Of a stretch of 64,000 nt of DNA, positions 35,301-46,592 are shown piece by piece. The position numbers and the translations under genes are program-made. Below the pieces are notes generated by a model that was given only the letters and a program-made list of their open reading frames with translations, had not been told where the DNA came from and did not search any database. Source of the stretch: Macrostomum hystrix (Eukaryota > Animalia > Platyhelminthes); contig CATNEN010000030.1 of assembly GCA_950097015.1 (NCBI GenBank), forward strand, positions 4,526,001-4,590,000. The letters are read 5' to 3'. Numbering within the stretch: the stretch's first letter is position 1; every line of letters begins with the position of its first letter.

Positions 35301-37954
35301 GTGCAATCTAGAGGGCCGTCGTTGATACCATGGCAGCTAGTTTGGCTGTTGGTACTGTGAATAAAACCATGTTCTACCTGACGCACTGCCTTCACTGCTA
35401 TGCCAACCTGCTTCTTCTTTTAAGATACACAAGATATCCAGATAAATTTGGTTTTGTGTATCCTGATTAGAATCTTCTTGTCCGACTTAATCATTATGGA
35501 TTGAACTGGAGTATAAGACATGAGTGCATTATTCGACAGAAACTATAGTCGTTGAAAATTGTTAGCGTTTCAATGTTTATATATAAAACTGCTTACGATT
35601 TCCGATTTGATAATCTCCTTTAAGTGAATGCAAGACACAGGGCGCACCCATTTATTTGATGGTGGAAAAGCAACCCTCTACCCTTGAAAATTTCAGAAGT
35701 CACGTGTCTCTAGCCATGACTGAGGTATCTGTTGCTGGAACAATGAAGCTGGAGCCGCAGCCGTCATTAACTTCCATAGCGCATGATGGTATGGCAGTCA
35801 CTGAGCTCTGTGACTAACGTATCGAGCCATTGCCTCCTAGCCCCGAGCAGCGTTTCCTCTTAAGTCTATATTTAGTTAATTTTGTGGTACAGGCTTCTCT
35901 GATTTGTTGGACCGTTTGACCGCAAAATGGATATTTCTATTTAGTCATAGATTACATATTTGGATATAAGTTGTTACAATTGTAATTTCTAATTGACGAA
36001 GGTGCTTCCACAACATCGTTGTTATAATTAGTCTATTTTACGAGCTCGATTTAGATTTATACGCAGTTGCGAAAACCCACGCATTTTTAGATGACGAAAC
36101 ACCGATGAAACTGACTGAAGTGCACAGGAATGCCATTCGAGTAATCCGAAAGATCAAATACTTTGTGGCAAGAAAGAAATTTCGCGAAGCCCTTCGGCCT
36201 TACGACGTGAAGGATGTGATCGAGCAGTACTCCGCCGGTCATGTGGACATGCTTGCCAGAATCAAGGTGCTGCAGTTCAGGTGGGCTTCCACAGGATTTA
36301 GAAAAAATAAATTTAAGCTTTAAAAGCTTTAAGCTTTAAAAAAAGTAACTACGCTTGAAATGATATATGAGAAAAAATATTTTCAGGCTGGATCAAATCC
36401 TGGGCCGTCAGGGCAGCAAAGACAAAGACGTCTACGAGAGCAAGGTCAGCCTGGCATCCAGAATCGTCAAGGTGGAGCGCTCGGTAGGCTACGCCCAAGA
36501 AGTTCCGCATTAAAATAAAATGGCCAATTGTAGAACCCTGACGTACTTAACCGTCCAATCAGGTTGAAGACATCGAGCGGAAGCTAGAGCTGCTGATTGA
36601 CATGTACAAGGAGGATAGGCGCGCCGTATTCTCCGACCAGCGATCACCGGCTCCGATCGGACCCCCAGCACCCCCGGGACCACCAGACAGCGGTGACACG
36701 GGCGGCGCCCGCCTGATTCTAAACTCCACAGGCAGCGCCGACAGCGAGGCGGCAGCCGCCTGCGAGGGTCGCGCCTTTCCACGCTCCCTTCCACCGAGCT
36801 TGAGAGGCCGGCGCTCAGCGATGCGGCTTGAGAAGCAACAGCAGGACACTAAGGTGAGAGTTGTGTCCCATCGTTTTCAAATATTGGATAAGGAAAAAAA
36901 GGTTGCGGTCAGCAGAGTGGCAGAAGTAATAATAAATAACAAAGACGAGCAAGTCTAGATCTTGACATCGGTGATAGTCTTATCATTGATACACGAGTGT
37001 ACTGGCTTGTCTACAGTGAAATCAGGCAAGAGGTATCTGCCAACAACCAAACTTTGTATAGGAATTTGTGCACTGCAAGATGGCGCACCCGGCTATCAAA
37101 GCCTAGAGGATTCCTTAGTACCTTAGACAAATTGACAGATTAGTCAACTGCACAATAATATTACACCCACAACCCATCCCGGCGTTGACTACTATCGTTC
37201 AGTGGTCAGAGTCGATTCTCACAAATCTTACCGCCCGCATTCGCCCCGTGCACAAACAAAGACCGAGGCTGTGCCCGGCTCCACGTCGCACAAGCTGACT
37301 CGCAACTACAGCGACCTGGGTCCACGGCCGCCGAAGCGGGTAACGTACCGCTACCTGGAGCCTTCTACAGCGCAGTTGCAGTGTCGCCCAGAGGAGCGGC
37401 AAAACTCGGCGACCCATTCCGCGGTGTGTCAGGTGCAAGTCCATGGCAACTTTACAGCGGCAGCTGACGCGGCACCTAGTCCGCCGCCGCCGCCTCTGAA
37501 ATCGCTGATTGACTTTGACGACGATGACGATGAGGAGGCCGGCGTGTTCACCGAACGCGTTGAGAACACCGATGATGAGGACGACGACGCCTTCCACTAC
37601 ACCCCGTCAGCTCCGCCGCCACCTCCGCTTCCATCGTTGCCGCTTCGCAGCGCACTGAAGCCGATGCGAAGCTGCCCGGTGACTTCGGCGAATCGGCACA
37701 GCTTTACCAACAGCGCCCTGGACGACTCCGGCGAGGACGAAAGTCCTGATCAGGAGAGGCGCCACCTGCTTGGAGAAGCCACCGCGCCACTAGCCGAGCA
37801 GTCATCCAGCAGCGTCACCGCAGCCGTGATTCCGCTAACGTCGAGGAAGCCCAACGACAAGTCTGCAGGTTCCTTGACCACCGCGGCCAACCAGCCTGCA
37901 CTGATGCGACCGGAAGTGACCGTCAAGGCTCGGAAGAAGAAGATTATTTATTGA
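20316..37954 (+). CDS. KCNQ: Voltage-gated potassium channel KCNQ (Kv7) family, multi-exon gene
   Basis: Phase-compatible exons are 20316-20731 (VYNFLERPK), 21094-21280 (S1-S2), 23500-23626 (WSAGC), 26711-26886 (S4, [25 protein letters not shown]), 27488-27616 (S5, DALWWGV), 30890-31000 or 32379-32489 (filter and S6), and 32902-33086 ([12 protein letters not shown], helix A IQSLWRCY). Downstream are 36091-36280 (helix [17 protein letters not shown]), 36387-36483, 36563-36853 (coiled coil) and ~37203-37954. The true N-terminus, the A-B linker exons and the last junction are unresolved. S5 reads [10 protein letters not shown], lacking the Trp found at this position in vertebrate KCNQ2-5. Confidence 0.96.
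21373..22884 (-). mobile_element. Tc1/mariner DNA transposon (DD34E), degenerate, in KCNQ intron
   Basis: It has imperfect 88-bp TIRs (21373-21460 and 22797-22884) with TA on both flanks. The transposase starts at 22669 with a paired HTH ([10 protein letters not shown]), then [15 protein letters not shown] and [11 protein letters not shown], with 34 residues between the second D and the E. Frameshifts and stops are present. Confidence 0.93.
22992..23256 (-). mobile_element. tRNA-derived SINE, family A copy 2
   Basis: It is reverse-complement homologous to 11938-12218, with the tRNA-like head GTGGCAGGGCGGTTAACGCG. Confidence 0.6.
24960..25154 (-). mobile_element. tRNA-derived SINE, family B fragment
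   Basis: The minus strand has an A-box-like TAGCCTAGTGA and a B-box GGTTCGATT. A similar head lies at 50092-50161 on the plus strand. Confidence 0.5.
26916..27328. repeat. 44-bp minisatellite, about 9.4 copies, immediately after the KCNQ S4 exon
   Basis: The unit GACTGAGGTCAGTGACAGGGGCTTAGAGTGCTGCCCGTACCTAT starts at 26916, 26960, 27004 and onward to 27312. Confidence 0.97.
28417..29100. repeat. 32-bp minisatellite, about 21 copies
   Basis: The unit GCTGCAGTCCAT(G/A)ACAGACTATTGGGGTGATA repeats with period 32. Confidence 0.97.
29740..30773 (-). mobile_element. PIF/Harbinger transposon fragment (HARBI1-like DDE transposase, frameshifted and truncated)
   Basis: ORFs 30439-30071 and 30201-29740 together give [29 protein letters not shown] and WPGSVHD. 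A probable terminal repeat (ttcatgcggcc followed by TAA) ends near 30773, with palindromic subterminal motifs (tgagcaattgctca). The other end was not found. Confidence 0.85.
30607..30650. mobile_element. 44-bp perfectly palindromic micro-element with 7-bp (possibly 8-bp) TSD
   Basis: It reads CAAGGACTTCTATATAATAG-catc-CTATTATATAGAAGTCCTTG and is flanked by GGTGAAC at 30600-30606 and 30651-30657. Confidence 0.75.
30890..31000 (+). CDS. KCNQ: KCNQ pore/S6 exon variant A (non-canonical GYGQ, ALPP)
   Basis: It has a ttttccggcAG acceptor and a GTGAGT donor, is 111 nt in phase 0/0, and encodes [37 protein letters not shown]. Expression is not shown. Confidence 0.75.
31456..32190. repeat. 45-bp minisatellite, about 16.5 copies, between the two pore exons
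   Basis: The unit is ATGGGTCAGTCTTTCGTTACTTTCGAGTCCAATCTATCATCACGG. The 260-aa ORF here is an artefact of a stop-free unit. Confidence 0.97.
32379..32489 (+). CDS. KCNQ: KCNQ pore/S6 exon variant B (canonical GYGD, ALPA)
   Basis: It has a ccttgcAG acceptor and a GTAAGT donor, is 111 nt in phase 0/0, and encodes [37 protein letters not shown]. Confidence 0.95.
33107..33150. mobile_element. 44-bp micro-element (CAAGGAC...GTCCGTG) with 8-bp TSD
   Basis: It is flanked by the exact direct repeat AAGAAACG (33099-33106 and 33151-33158) and belongs to the same family as 3344-3383. Confidence 0.8.
33623..35788 (+). CDS. KCNQ: Candidate KCNQ helix A-B linker exons (low-complexity)
   Basis: Candidates are 33623-33656 (phase 2 to 0), 33755-33939 (0 to 2, [18 protein letters not shown]), 34695-35093 (2 to 2) and 35714-35788 (1 to 1). 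One phase-2-to-1 link is missing, so the chain is incomplete. Confidence 0.4.
34071..34596 (-). mobile_element. ~0.5 kb MITE-like dispersed repeat, copy 2 (reverse orientation, imperfect TIRs)
   Basis: The reverse complement matches 40205-40680. The ends cgggggatttcaaa and tttgaaatactccccg are imperfect inverted repeats. Confidence 0.75.
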
Positions 37955-38614
37955 CTTATCCAGAATCACTAGCAGCAAGATGCATCTACGTGGGGCCGAA
38001 TTTCGAATGCTAAAATTGCAGCTCTGGCATTCTACTTGTATTAACCCCTAGAACACATATTTCACTTTAATGCTATCCGCGACGCTGCTTCGAAATTTTT
38101 GCTGTTTACACGTCTACTTAAAATATACAGGCAAAGGGAGCAGCCATTCAAAGTAAATATATATATATATATATATTGGCGTACACAGGCGGGAGTTTGT
38201 TGCGCAACATATCTCCACCAGCTTTAAATCAGCTATATAATTATGTTTTTACTATTATACATGAGCATCTGGCCCAAAGTGAAAACTGGAATTCATTTAA
38301 CTGATTACTAGCTGTCACTAAATTATTGATTGCGTGTACATAACTTTTACCATGCTTTTCTGCCCTGTGTAAAAAACAATTACTTGCTGATTTCATTTGG
38401 GCAGGAAAGATATATAACCTCGAATGGAAGCGCTATAAATACATCCTAAAATACAATGAGGATGCTGCGTTTACAAGTACAGTATAGTCGAGCACTATGC
38501 GCATTGAATCCAGGTAGTGTTAACAAAAGCTTTGTAATTCTTATTTCATTCAATGGTCTCAGAGAAGCTGAAGTCTAAACATATGATTGGGACCGCGTCT
38601 TTAGGACTGACCTG

Positions 38615-39205
38615 AGGGGTAGCCATCACAGACATGTGTGTAGACATCACAGATATGGGGTAGCCATCACAGAAATGTGTGTAGACATCACAGATATGGG
38701 GTAGCCACCACAGACATAGGGGTAGCCATCACAGACATGTGTGTAGACATCACAGACATGTGTGTAGACATCACAGATATGGGGTAGCCATCACAGATAT
38801 GTGTGTAGACATCACAGATATGTGCGTAGACATCACAGACATGTGTGTAGACATCACAGACATGTGTGTAGACATCACAGATATGGGGTAGCCATCACAG
38901 ATATGGGGAGATAGGCAGCATGGATTTGGGGAGAGCCAGCATGGATATGGGGGAGAGCAAGCATGGATATGGAGAAGAGCAAGCATGGATATGGGGGAGA
39001 GCAAGCATGGATATGGGGGAGAGCAAGCATGGATATGGGGAGAGCCGGCATCGATATGGGTGGATAGCCAGCATGGATATGGGGGAGAGCAAGCATGGAT
39101 ATGGGGGAGAGCAAGCATGGATATGGAGAGAGCCAGCATGGATTTGGGGGAGAGCCAGCATCGATATGGGTGGATAGCCAGCATGGATTTGGGGGATGGC
39201 CAGCA
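38615..39205. repeat. Compound minisatellite: CATCACAGA(C/T)ATG-type 20-21-mers, then GCATGGATATGGGGGAGAGCAA-type 21-22-mers
   Basis: Two abutting tandem arrays are directly visible. The overlapping ORFs are repeat artefacts. Confidence 0.93.
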
Positions 39206-40204
39206 TGGAATCGAGCGACCAGCGTGCTGCTCATCCAATCGGTTGAGCAGCAGAGGACATGGCCTTCCGTTCCCCTTTGCATAGGTCCCTTTGGAGAAGG
39301 ACTGAGACTTGCAGATAAAAATTTAGAAGCTTTTACCTTACTTGTCGCTATGAAAATGCTTTGGACTTTGAAATCTGGGAAAAGCTATAAGATGATAATC
39401 CTAGCACTATTTTACTAGCAACAGCAGCAAAGACTAACCAACCTCCTATCATGACATTCTGGCTCTAATACTTTTGAGAGCCTTTGCCTTATATACTAAA
39501 CCCTAAGCGTAATATATGACGTTTATTTAAAAAGGACAGATATTAGATTTTCTAGTAAAGACAGTGCGACAAAATAGCAAATTATATTAATTCAAAATCA
39601 CGTAGACACTACTAATAAAAGAAGCAAGTAACGTGCAAAGTTGTACTTTTATATTTGAAATATTTGTGTCTACTTATTTTAAGGCAATCGCACTGACAAA
39701 AATGGTAGAGAATATTATTTTATTCTAGAATCGGTCAAATAAAAAAACATTTAATCAACCTGATGCCATGAAGCAATTCAAACTACGTATAAAGGATAAT
39801 GAATCAGCTGTAGTAATAACTGCTATTCAGGAGCCACGATAAATAGCATATATCCGTTATTCAGGTGCGAACTAAAATAAGCAGGAGTGCTTGACGAAGC
39901 GAAAATACACTGTGATTTCCGAGTACATTGAGAGTATTGATCAGATAAAAACTTTTCCTATGATAGGTGTCGACCCGAGCTGCACACAAAATAGCACTAT
40001 ACTAATCAGGCTCCATTGAACCACTAAAGGACTCGAGCATCACTCTCTTTGTGCCATCAGCCAGTTAAAAATTCTCAATCTGAGATAAGACAGCTTTGAC
40101 AGAAGCAGACGCAAGGTATGAAGATTGAAGAAGGGTATATGATGGTTAGTCAGAGTGACTCAACATTTTCGTGTCGCAACCCTTACGCTGTCATTAACAG
40201 CAGA

Positions 40205-40680
40205 AAGAAGCTAAAATTTTCCTCCCTATTCGATGAAAGAACATAAAGAATCACAAAACATCGGCATCGTCGAGATATTCAACGATTCTCTTCGGGGTCT
40301 CCGGTGTCTAAAGCCGCCAATGTAGGCATAATTATTCTGCTTACAAAATTTCATGATGGAACGATGTAGGCTCTTATAGTTCACTAATTTTATAGACTAT
40401 ATTTAAAGTTACGAGCTATTATGTTATTGAACTAATATGGAATTGCCACACAGTTTTATACAGAGCAATGTTAGTGTCCTTGTCACCAGGGCATTCGACA
40501 AGAATCGCTGAATATATCGACGATGCTGACGTCAGATGGCTTTGAAAGTTAGTTCCCCCTATAGCACGAAAAATTTTGATAGATATGGTGACGAAAATCG
40601 TCAGGCGGTTTGGGAGCTATCGTGAAGTAGGCAGTGGTTATTTGAAGCACCCCCGAAATCTTTTCTACTGTTAAAATTGG
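40205..40680 (+). mobile_element. ~0.5 kb MITE-like dispersed repeat, copy 3
   Basis: It is homologous to copies 1 and 2, with an internal inverted motif gcatcgtcgagatattc / gaatatatcgacgatgc. Confidence 0.75.
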
Positions 40681-40804
40681 ATCAATGGCTTTGCAGCTGA
40701 AGCTTCGCTGTTGATAAATTTCGGGATAGAATATTGCTTCTTTCACATGGCTGCCATTGCACCCAGACCATGGCTCTCTCCCAGCAACAGAAAATCTCGG
40801 AGTG

Positions 40805-43119
40805 TCACTTGGACGAGTTGTCCGGGCTGACCCTGTTGCGCAGCCGCAGGAAGGTGTAAGCGAATGCGTTGTAGACGCCACCAAGATTAGTAAAAGACAC
40901 CGCAGCTTGGTAGTTGAAAGCTGTCAGGTTGTTGGGATTGCTGAAGTTGACAATGAAGAACACAAACAGAGACAGCCACTGGAGGTAGAGAATGAGGATG
41001 AACACTGTGAACTGGGTGGCCAGACGGTTCATGCCGGAGTTGCTGCTTGAATCGGCCAGGCCGCTGCGCCTCAGTCGGTGCGAGGAGACGCACAGCTTGA
41101 TGGGTATGGCCGAGTAGCAGAAGGTGCCCACCGTGACCGTAATCCACGGAAACACGGCCTCGTACACAATGGCCAGGGTCGAATAGAACGGTAGCTCTAT
41201 GTTTATGCCGCACCTGTTTGAGTCAGTGGGCTTTTTCAGATAAATTAGAGTTAAGTTTATGCACTTCTGCAACCTAAGAACTGTAAGTTCTGCGTCTTCA
41301 ACTGCCTTTAATCTTGAAAACTTTTCTATTCCTTGACGTTGTAGCTTCCTGGTATATATAGGAGCTCTGGACTTTTGACTGAGAAGGGGATCGAATCGCA
41401 ACTCCAGCGAAACAATTAAGCGAGACATTACTTAAGTCCACCGGGCACAAACATAAACTGTGACAGAAATTTTAGTGGGTGCGGTGGCCCCTGAGCAATG
41501 GACTGAACGCTGTACTCAGCGTTTGGAAGCATCTCTCACCAGAGCCCAGCGTAGCCGAACCAGCCCACGCTCACACCCAGCAGGCTAAGCAAGCCCGGGA
41601 TGAGAAAGGACACCGATAGAAGGGCGATGTCGAACGACGGCCATTGCACCTGTGGAGACAGGCGAATTCGTGCTTAATTATGCAACAGTAAAATTGTATA
41701 TATATATTAAACCAGACTCTTTGTGTTCGATGTCGATAATTAAAATTTCTACATTGTATAACTAAAGGTACGGCTTGAGCCCGTTAATCCGTACTCATGC
41801 TGAGCTCTTTAAATTTTTCTACTCACAAAATTTTATCATGGAACCATGTTGGCTTCAAAAATTTCAATCAGTCACAGGGCACAAAAGCAAAAGCACCCGA
41901 TCAGCTTCTCAACGACTCCTGCTTTTATTGAAGGTCCAGACGGTCGCCGCCGATGCTCCAGACGGAGATGAATGGGACCCTGGTGACTGGGACGCTGAGA
42001 ACAAAGGTCCCTGCGACAGATGAAATCCGATGATTGAACCAGTATGGATTTGCCATAGAGGTTTATATAGAGCAATCTTAGTTGGCCTTGGCCTTGGGTC
42101 TTCGACAAGAATCGCTGAATATCTTGGAGATGCTGACGTCGGACCTTTGAAAGTTAGTCCATCGTAAGGAGCCTAAATTTTGATCCATATCGTGGACTTT
42201 TACGAAAATAGGTTTTTCGGTTTGGGAGCCTTTGTGAGGTAGTCAGTGGGTATTTTATATATCCCCGTGGTCTTTCTACTGTTAATATCGACAATACTAA
42301 TTTACATAAATGCACTTGTTGCTGCTAATAGCTCATTTAAGAAGCCAAAACAGAAGGTAAAATTGTGAATACGTTTACTCGGATGCTTTATTTGATTGGC
42401 ACTATATAATGTAAATGGTATCCGAAGCAAAATACGCTTATTGAAGTATTATACACTGCTAGTGAATTTAAGTCCGCACCTTTTTACCGAGTACCACTCC
42501 AATGAAGGCCGACGCGGCCACGAAGCTGGCAATCATGCAGCTCGCGTCGAGTCCCCAGTGAAAGAAGAAGGCGCAGATCTTGCAGATGAAATAGTTTGTG
42601 GTCTCGTTGTTCACATAGAGAATTATGTGATCGATGCCATGCGAAGCGGTAAAGAAAATGTCACCAATGGCCAGATAGACCTGAAAGCAATTAGGCTCCA
42701 TATAGATCGAGATGAGTACGCAGTGTTCCTGCGTCTGTTACTTACTGCGCGAGATATACTGCCTAATCATGAAAGATTCGGGGAAATAATAGGGAGAGTG
42801 GCAGTATTTAGAACACAAATTGTTACAGTGGAATCAGGAATCGAACCCCCGACTTTTAAGTTTTAATAACAAATAGCTATAGGCGACGAAATTCGCATAT
42901 ATTTAGTTCAGAAGAACTCACCACTAGCCTATCCATCATGGGCTTCTTTCTCAGAGGCACACGGTAGCCTTTCATGACAAACGAAAGTACAATTACGGAG
43001 CAGGACGCGACCACGGAGCACAGACAGCAACTGAATGCGATCACGTGCAGCTCGCGTATGAATGGCCTGCTAAGGCCCTCTCTGGTTGAGCTTGTAGTGG
43101 AGCTGTTGCTGAAATTCAT
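40805..43119 (-). CDS. Atypical seven-transmembrane receptor-like protein (cAMP-receptor-like/GPR157-type by inference), 305 aa, 4 exons
   Basis: Exons 43119-42922, 42680-42480, 41649-41540 and 41213-40805 have GT-AG borders, compatible phases and 918 nt in total. The N-terminus has sequons (MNFSNSS). Seven hydrophobic segments include LAIGDIFF (TM2), CKICAFF (top of TM3), LWC (ECL2), QWLSLF (TM6) and FTNLGGVYNAFAY (TM7). There is no DRY or NPxxY. Confidence 0.85.
42095..42290 (+). mobile_element. Partial copy 4 of the MITE-like repeat, in an intron of the 7TM gene
   Basis: ttcgacaagaatcgctgaatat...gctgacgtc...tttgaaagttag matches ~40495-40680. Confidence 0.65.
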
Positions 43120-44529
43120 CTCGCTTCTATCGGCTATGCTAAGAACCTCCCGATGGTTGCTACTCAATACTCATCTGATCAAGCGGAGCCGAGCCTTAAA
43201 TCTTTGCAAAGTTAGCGATTGTAGTTGCCATGACAACAAGGAAACAAGCTACATGAATAATGAAGGCGTTCACCAACTCAAAGCTAGAGCGCTGAGCAAT
43301 CAAAGATCTTGGGAAAGCAGCATCTGCAGCAACAAGAGATTCTATAGCTATTTTCCATGTAAAACGATATTGGAGCAAGCTCCTCTTTTTTTATCCTCCA
43401 TCGCCGGTCCTCAGCAATAATTGAAGTTGCACTTGCTCACTTTTAGCAAAACAGCCTTTCCCCTTCGTGTTTGCCTTGGGTCACACGCAGAAACAGGCTG
43501 TTGATTCGGTTTTTTTCCTTCAAACTTTTTCATCGAGAAAACAGACCAGGATTCGTATTTGTTCACTAATACGAATATGTCGACTTCGTTGAAACTTTGG
43601 ACCACCCGCTCTCTGAATTAACTTGCTTTCATAATCAAAATGGACTAGCTCCAACACTTAAGGGATTGAATTTGATTGAAAAAACCGACTTCCTTCTCGG
43701 AAATGGATTTCACAGAAATTACAGTACAGTCAAAAACAAAAGAAGTTTAGCCCAGCCTGCCATTAAACTGTTTTAGTAATATAATTTAAACTTGATTTTA
43801 GCATGAAAATTAGGATTTAGAATAGAAAGTGCTCAAATTAAAACACTAGGACTTGCAACGTTTTCGTATTCAAGATCAAGCAGCACGACTGAATTAGATT
43901 ATAAAAACTGTTCTAATGGCTGTGGTTCTGTTCCACTGATGAGCTTGAGCTTGCTTGTGAAAAAATCTTGTTTCTACCCAAGCACTTAAACGTAGACTGA
44001 ATTTCATGCACTTTCAAAAGTGACCCGCGCTTGCAATACAAGTGTTGAAATCTATGAGCTGTTATGACCTGTTGCTATACCCCGCACTCTCCCAAAACAG
44101 TTAGAAGCATTTAAAAAGCACAGGAAGCAAGTAGTTTAAAACACAGCAGCAAAAACCAATGAGTAATGTTACACAAATTTCTTGCTTTAAGTGTGTATTT
44201 CTCGCGAATATCTCAATAGCACATTTTAACAGGAGAGGAACAAAAAAACAAAAAGAGAATCAACAAATCTTAATGGCAAAGCCGAATATGCTAGCTAGAC
44301 ATAAAACTAGTACAAACAACACTTCCATGTCAGTTCTTCAAGCAGTGTTTTAGAGTAACTCAATCAATCAACTGATGACTATACCTGGCCATTAAGCTAG
44401 GAACTTAGGAACTCAGTCATGAATAAAAAGGGCAAACAGTATATAAAAAACAAGAGATGCGCTAGAGGACGAAAGTTCAATTAAAGTGTCAAATTGAAAC
44501 ACTTGGTACAGAACTAAGAGTGTGGACTG

Positions 44530-45990
44530 CAGGATAGGGCTAATGGGAGGTGAACTGAAGGATAGGGGAAAGTGGGAGGAGGTGAACTGAAGGATAGGGG
44601 AAAGTGGGAGGAGGTGAACTGAAGGATAGGGGAAAGTGGGAGGAGGTGAACTGAAGGATGGGGGAAAGTGGGAGGAGGTGAACTGAAGGATGGGGGAAAG
44701 TGGGAGGAGGTGAACTGAAGGATAGGGGAAAGTGGGAGGAGGTGAACTGAAGGATAGGGGAAAGTGGGAGGAGGTGAACTGAAGGATGGGGGAAAGTGGG
44801 AGGAGGTGAACTGAAGGATAGGGGAAAGTGGGAGGAGGTGAACTGAAGGATAGGGGAAAGTGGGAGGAGGTGAACTGAAGGATAGGGGAAAGTGGGAGGA
44901 GGTGAACTGAAGGATAGGGGAAAGTGGGAGGAGGTGAACTGAAGGATAGGGGAAAGTGGGAGGAGGTGAACTGAAGGATGGGGGAAAGTGGGAGGAGGTG
45001 AACTGAAGGATAGGGGAAAGTGGGAGGAGGTGAACTGAAGGATAGGGGAAAGTGGGAGGAGGTGAACTGAAGGATAGGGGAAAGTGGGAGGAGGTGAACT
45101 GAAGGATAGGGGAAAGTGGGAGGAGGTGAACTGAAGGATAGGGGAAAGTGGGAGGAGGTGAACTGAAGGATAGGGGAAAGTGGGAGGAGGTGAACTGAAG
45201 GATGGGGGAAAGTGGGAGGAGGTGAACTGAAGGATAGGGGAAAGTGGGAGGAGGTGAACTGAAGGATAGGGGAAAGTGGGAGGAGGTGAACTGAAGGATA
45301 GGGGAAAGTGGGAGGAGGTGAACTGAAGGATAGGGGAAAGTGGGAGGAGGTGAACTGAAGGATTGGGGCTAATGGGAGGTGAACTGAAAGATAGGGGAAA
45401 GTGGGAGGAGGTGAACTGAAGGATAGGGGAAAGTGGGAGGAGGTGAACTGAAGGATAGGGGAAAGTGGGAGGAGGTGAACTGAAGGATAGGGGAAAGTGG
45501 GAGGAGGTGAACTGAAGGATAGGGGAAAGTGGGAGGAGGTGAACTGAAGGATTGGGGCTAATGGGAGGTGAACTGAAAGATAGGGGAAAGTGGGAGGAGG
45601 TGAACTGAAGGATAGGGGAAAGTGGGAGGAGGTGAACTGAAGGATTGGGGCTAATGGGAGGTGAACTGAAAGATAGGGGAAAGTGGGAGGAGGTGAACTG
45701 AAGGATAGGGGAAAGTGGGAGGAGGTGAACTGAAGGATAGGGGAAAGTGGGAGGAGGTGAACTGAAGGATAGGGGAAAGTGGGAGGAGGTGAACTGAAGG
45801 ATAGGGGAAAGTGGGAGGAGGTGAACTGAAGGATTGGGGCTAATGGGAGGTGAACTGAAAGATAGGGGAAAGTGGGAGGAGGTGAACTGAAGGATAGGGG
45901 AAAGTGGGAGGAGGTGAACTGAAAGATAGGGGAAAGTGGGAGGAGGTGAACTGAAGGATAGGGGCTAATGGGAGGAGGTGAACAGAAGGA
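44530..45990. repeat. 32-bp purine-rich minisatellite (GGAGGTGAACTGAAGGATAGGGGAAAGTGGGA)n, about 45 copies with a 29-bp variant
   Basis: The array is directly visible. The 528-aa minus-strand ORF is an artefact of a pyrimidine-rich strand that lacks stops. Confidence 0.97.
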
Positions 45991-46592
45991 TTGGGGCAAG
46001 TAGGAGAAGTAAGTAGGAGAAGGAACCCACCAGAAGATACAGTAGATGACCCGCTAGCATGCTGAATTGCTGCAGAATGGTCAAGCAAAAAAACAAGAGA
46101 CAAATCCCATTGAATGAAGAAAAAACACAAAGAAACAGAAAGGAATTTTCGAATGAAAAACAGACGCAAGCGCAAAGCAAGATAGCAGGTCAGAGGCAGA
46201 CGCATGAATGGGGTGCAAGTTTTAAAAGGAAACCGGTCGAATGACAGTGACAAGAGAATTGTCTTTCATATTAATTAGGCATATCTTGGCTTTAAACTTT
46301 TGATGGCTCAATGGGTGGCTACATTATACGACATACCACTTAATATAACATAAGTTAATGATGTATCGATTTTGACAATGCTCCGAGAGGCGCACACGCG
46401 AGGGAAATAAGTCAAGAAATGGTTCAGGAGAGGGAAAGCAAACTAACAAAGAAGGCTCCAAGAATAATCAAAACAGAAGAACTCTCCAGCCGCAGGAATT
46501 CCAAATAATGCAGTGCCCATCTGGTACATTTTCCTCTGCAGTTCACAATCTCCAACTGAGTCTCAGAATCTGCTTCACACCATGGCAAAATT

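Noticed and set aside
38771-39418. Several overlapping repeat ORFs
   Set aside because: They are artefacts of the compound minisatellite.
42396-43420. Plus-strand ORFs of 156 and 148 aa
   Set aside because: They are antisense shadows of the 7TM gene exons.
44413-45999. 528-aa Pro/Ser/Phe-rich ORF
   Set aside because: It is the translation of the pyrimidine strand of a 32-bp satellite, which lacks stops by composition.
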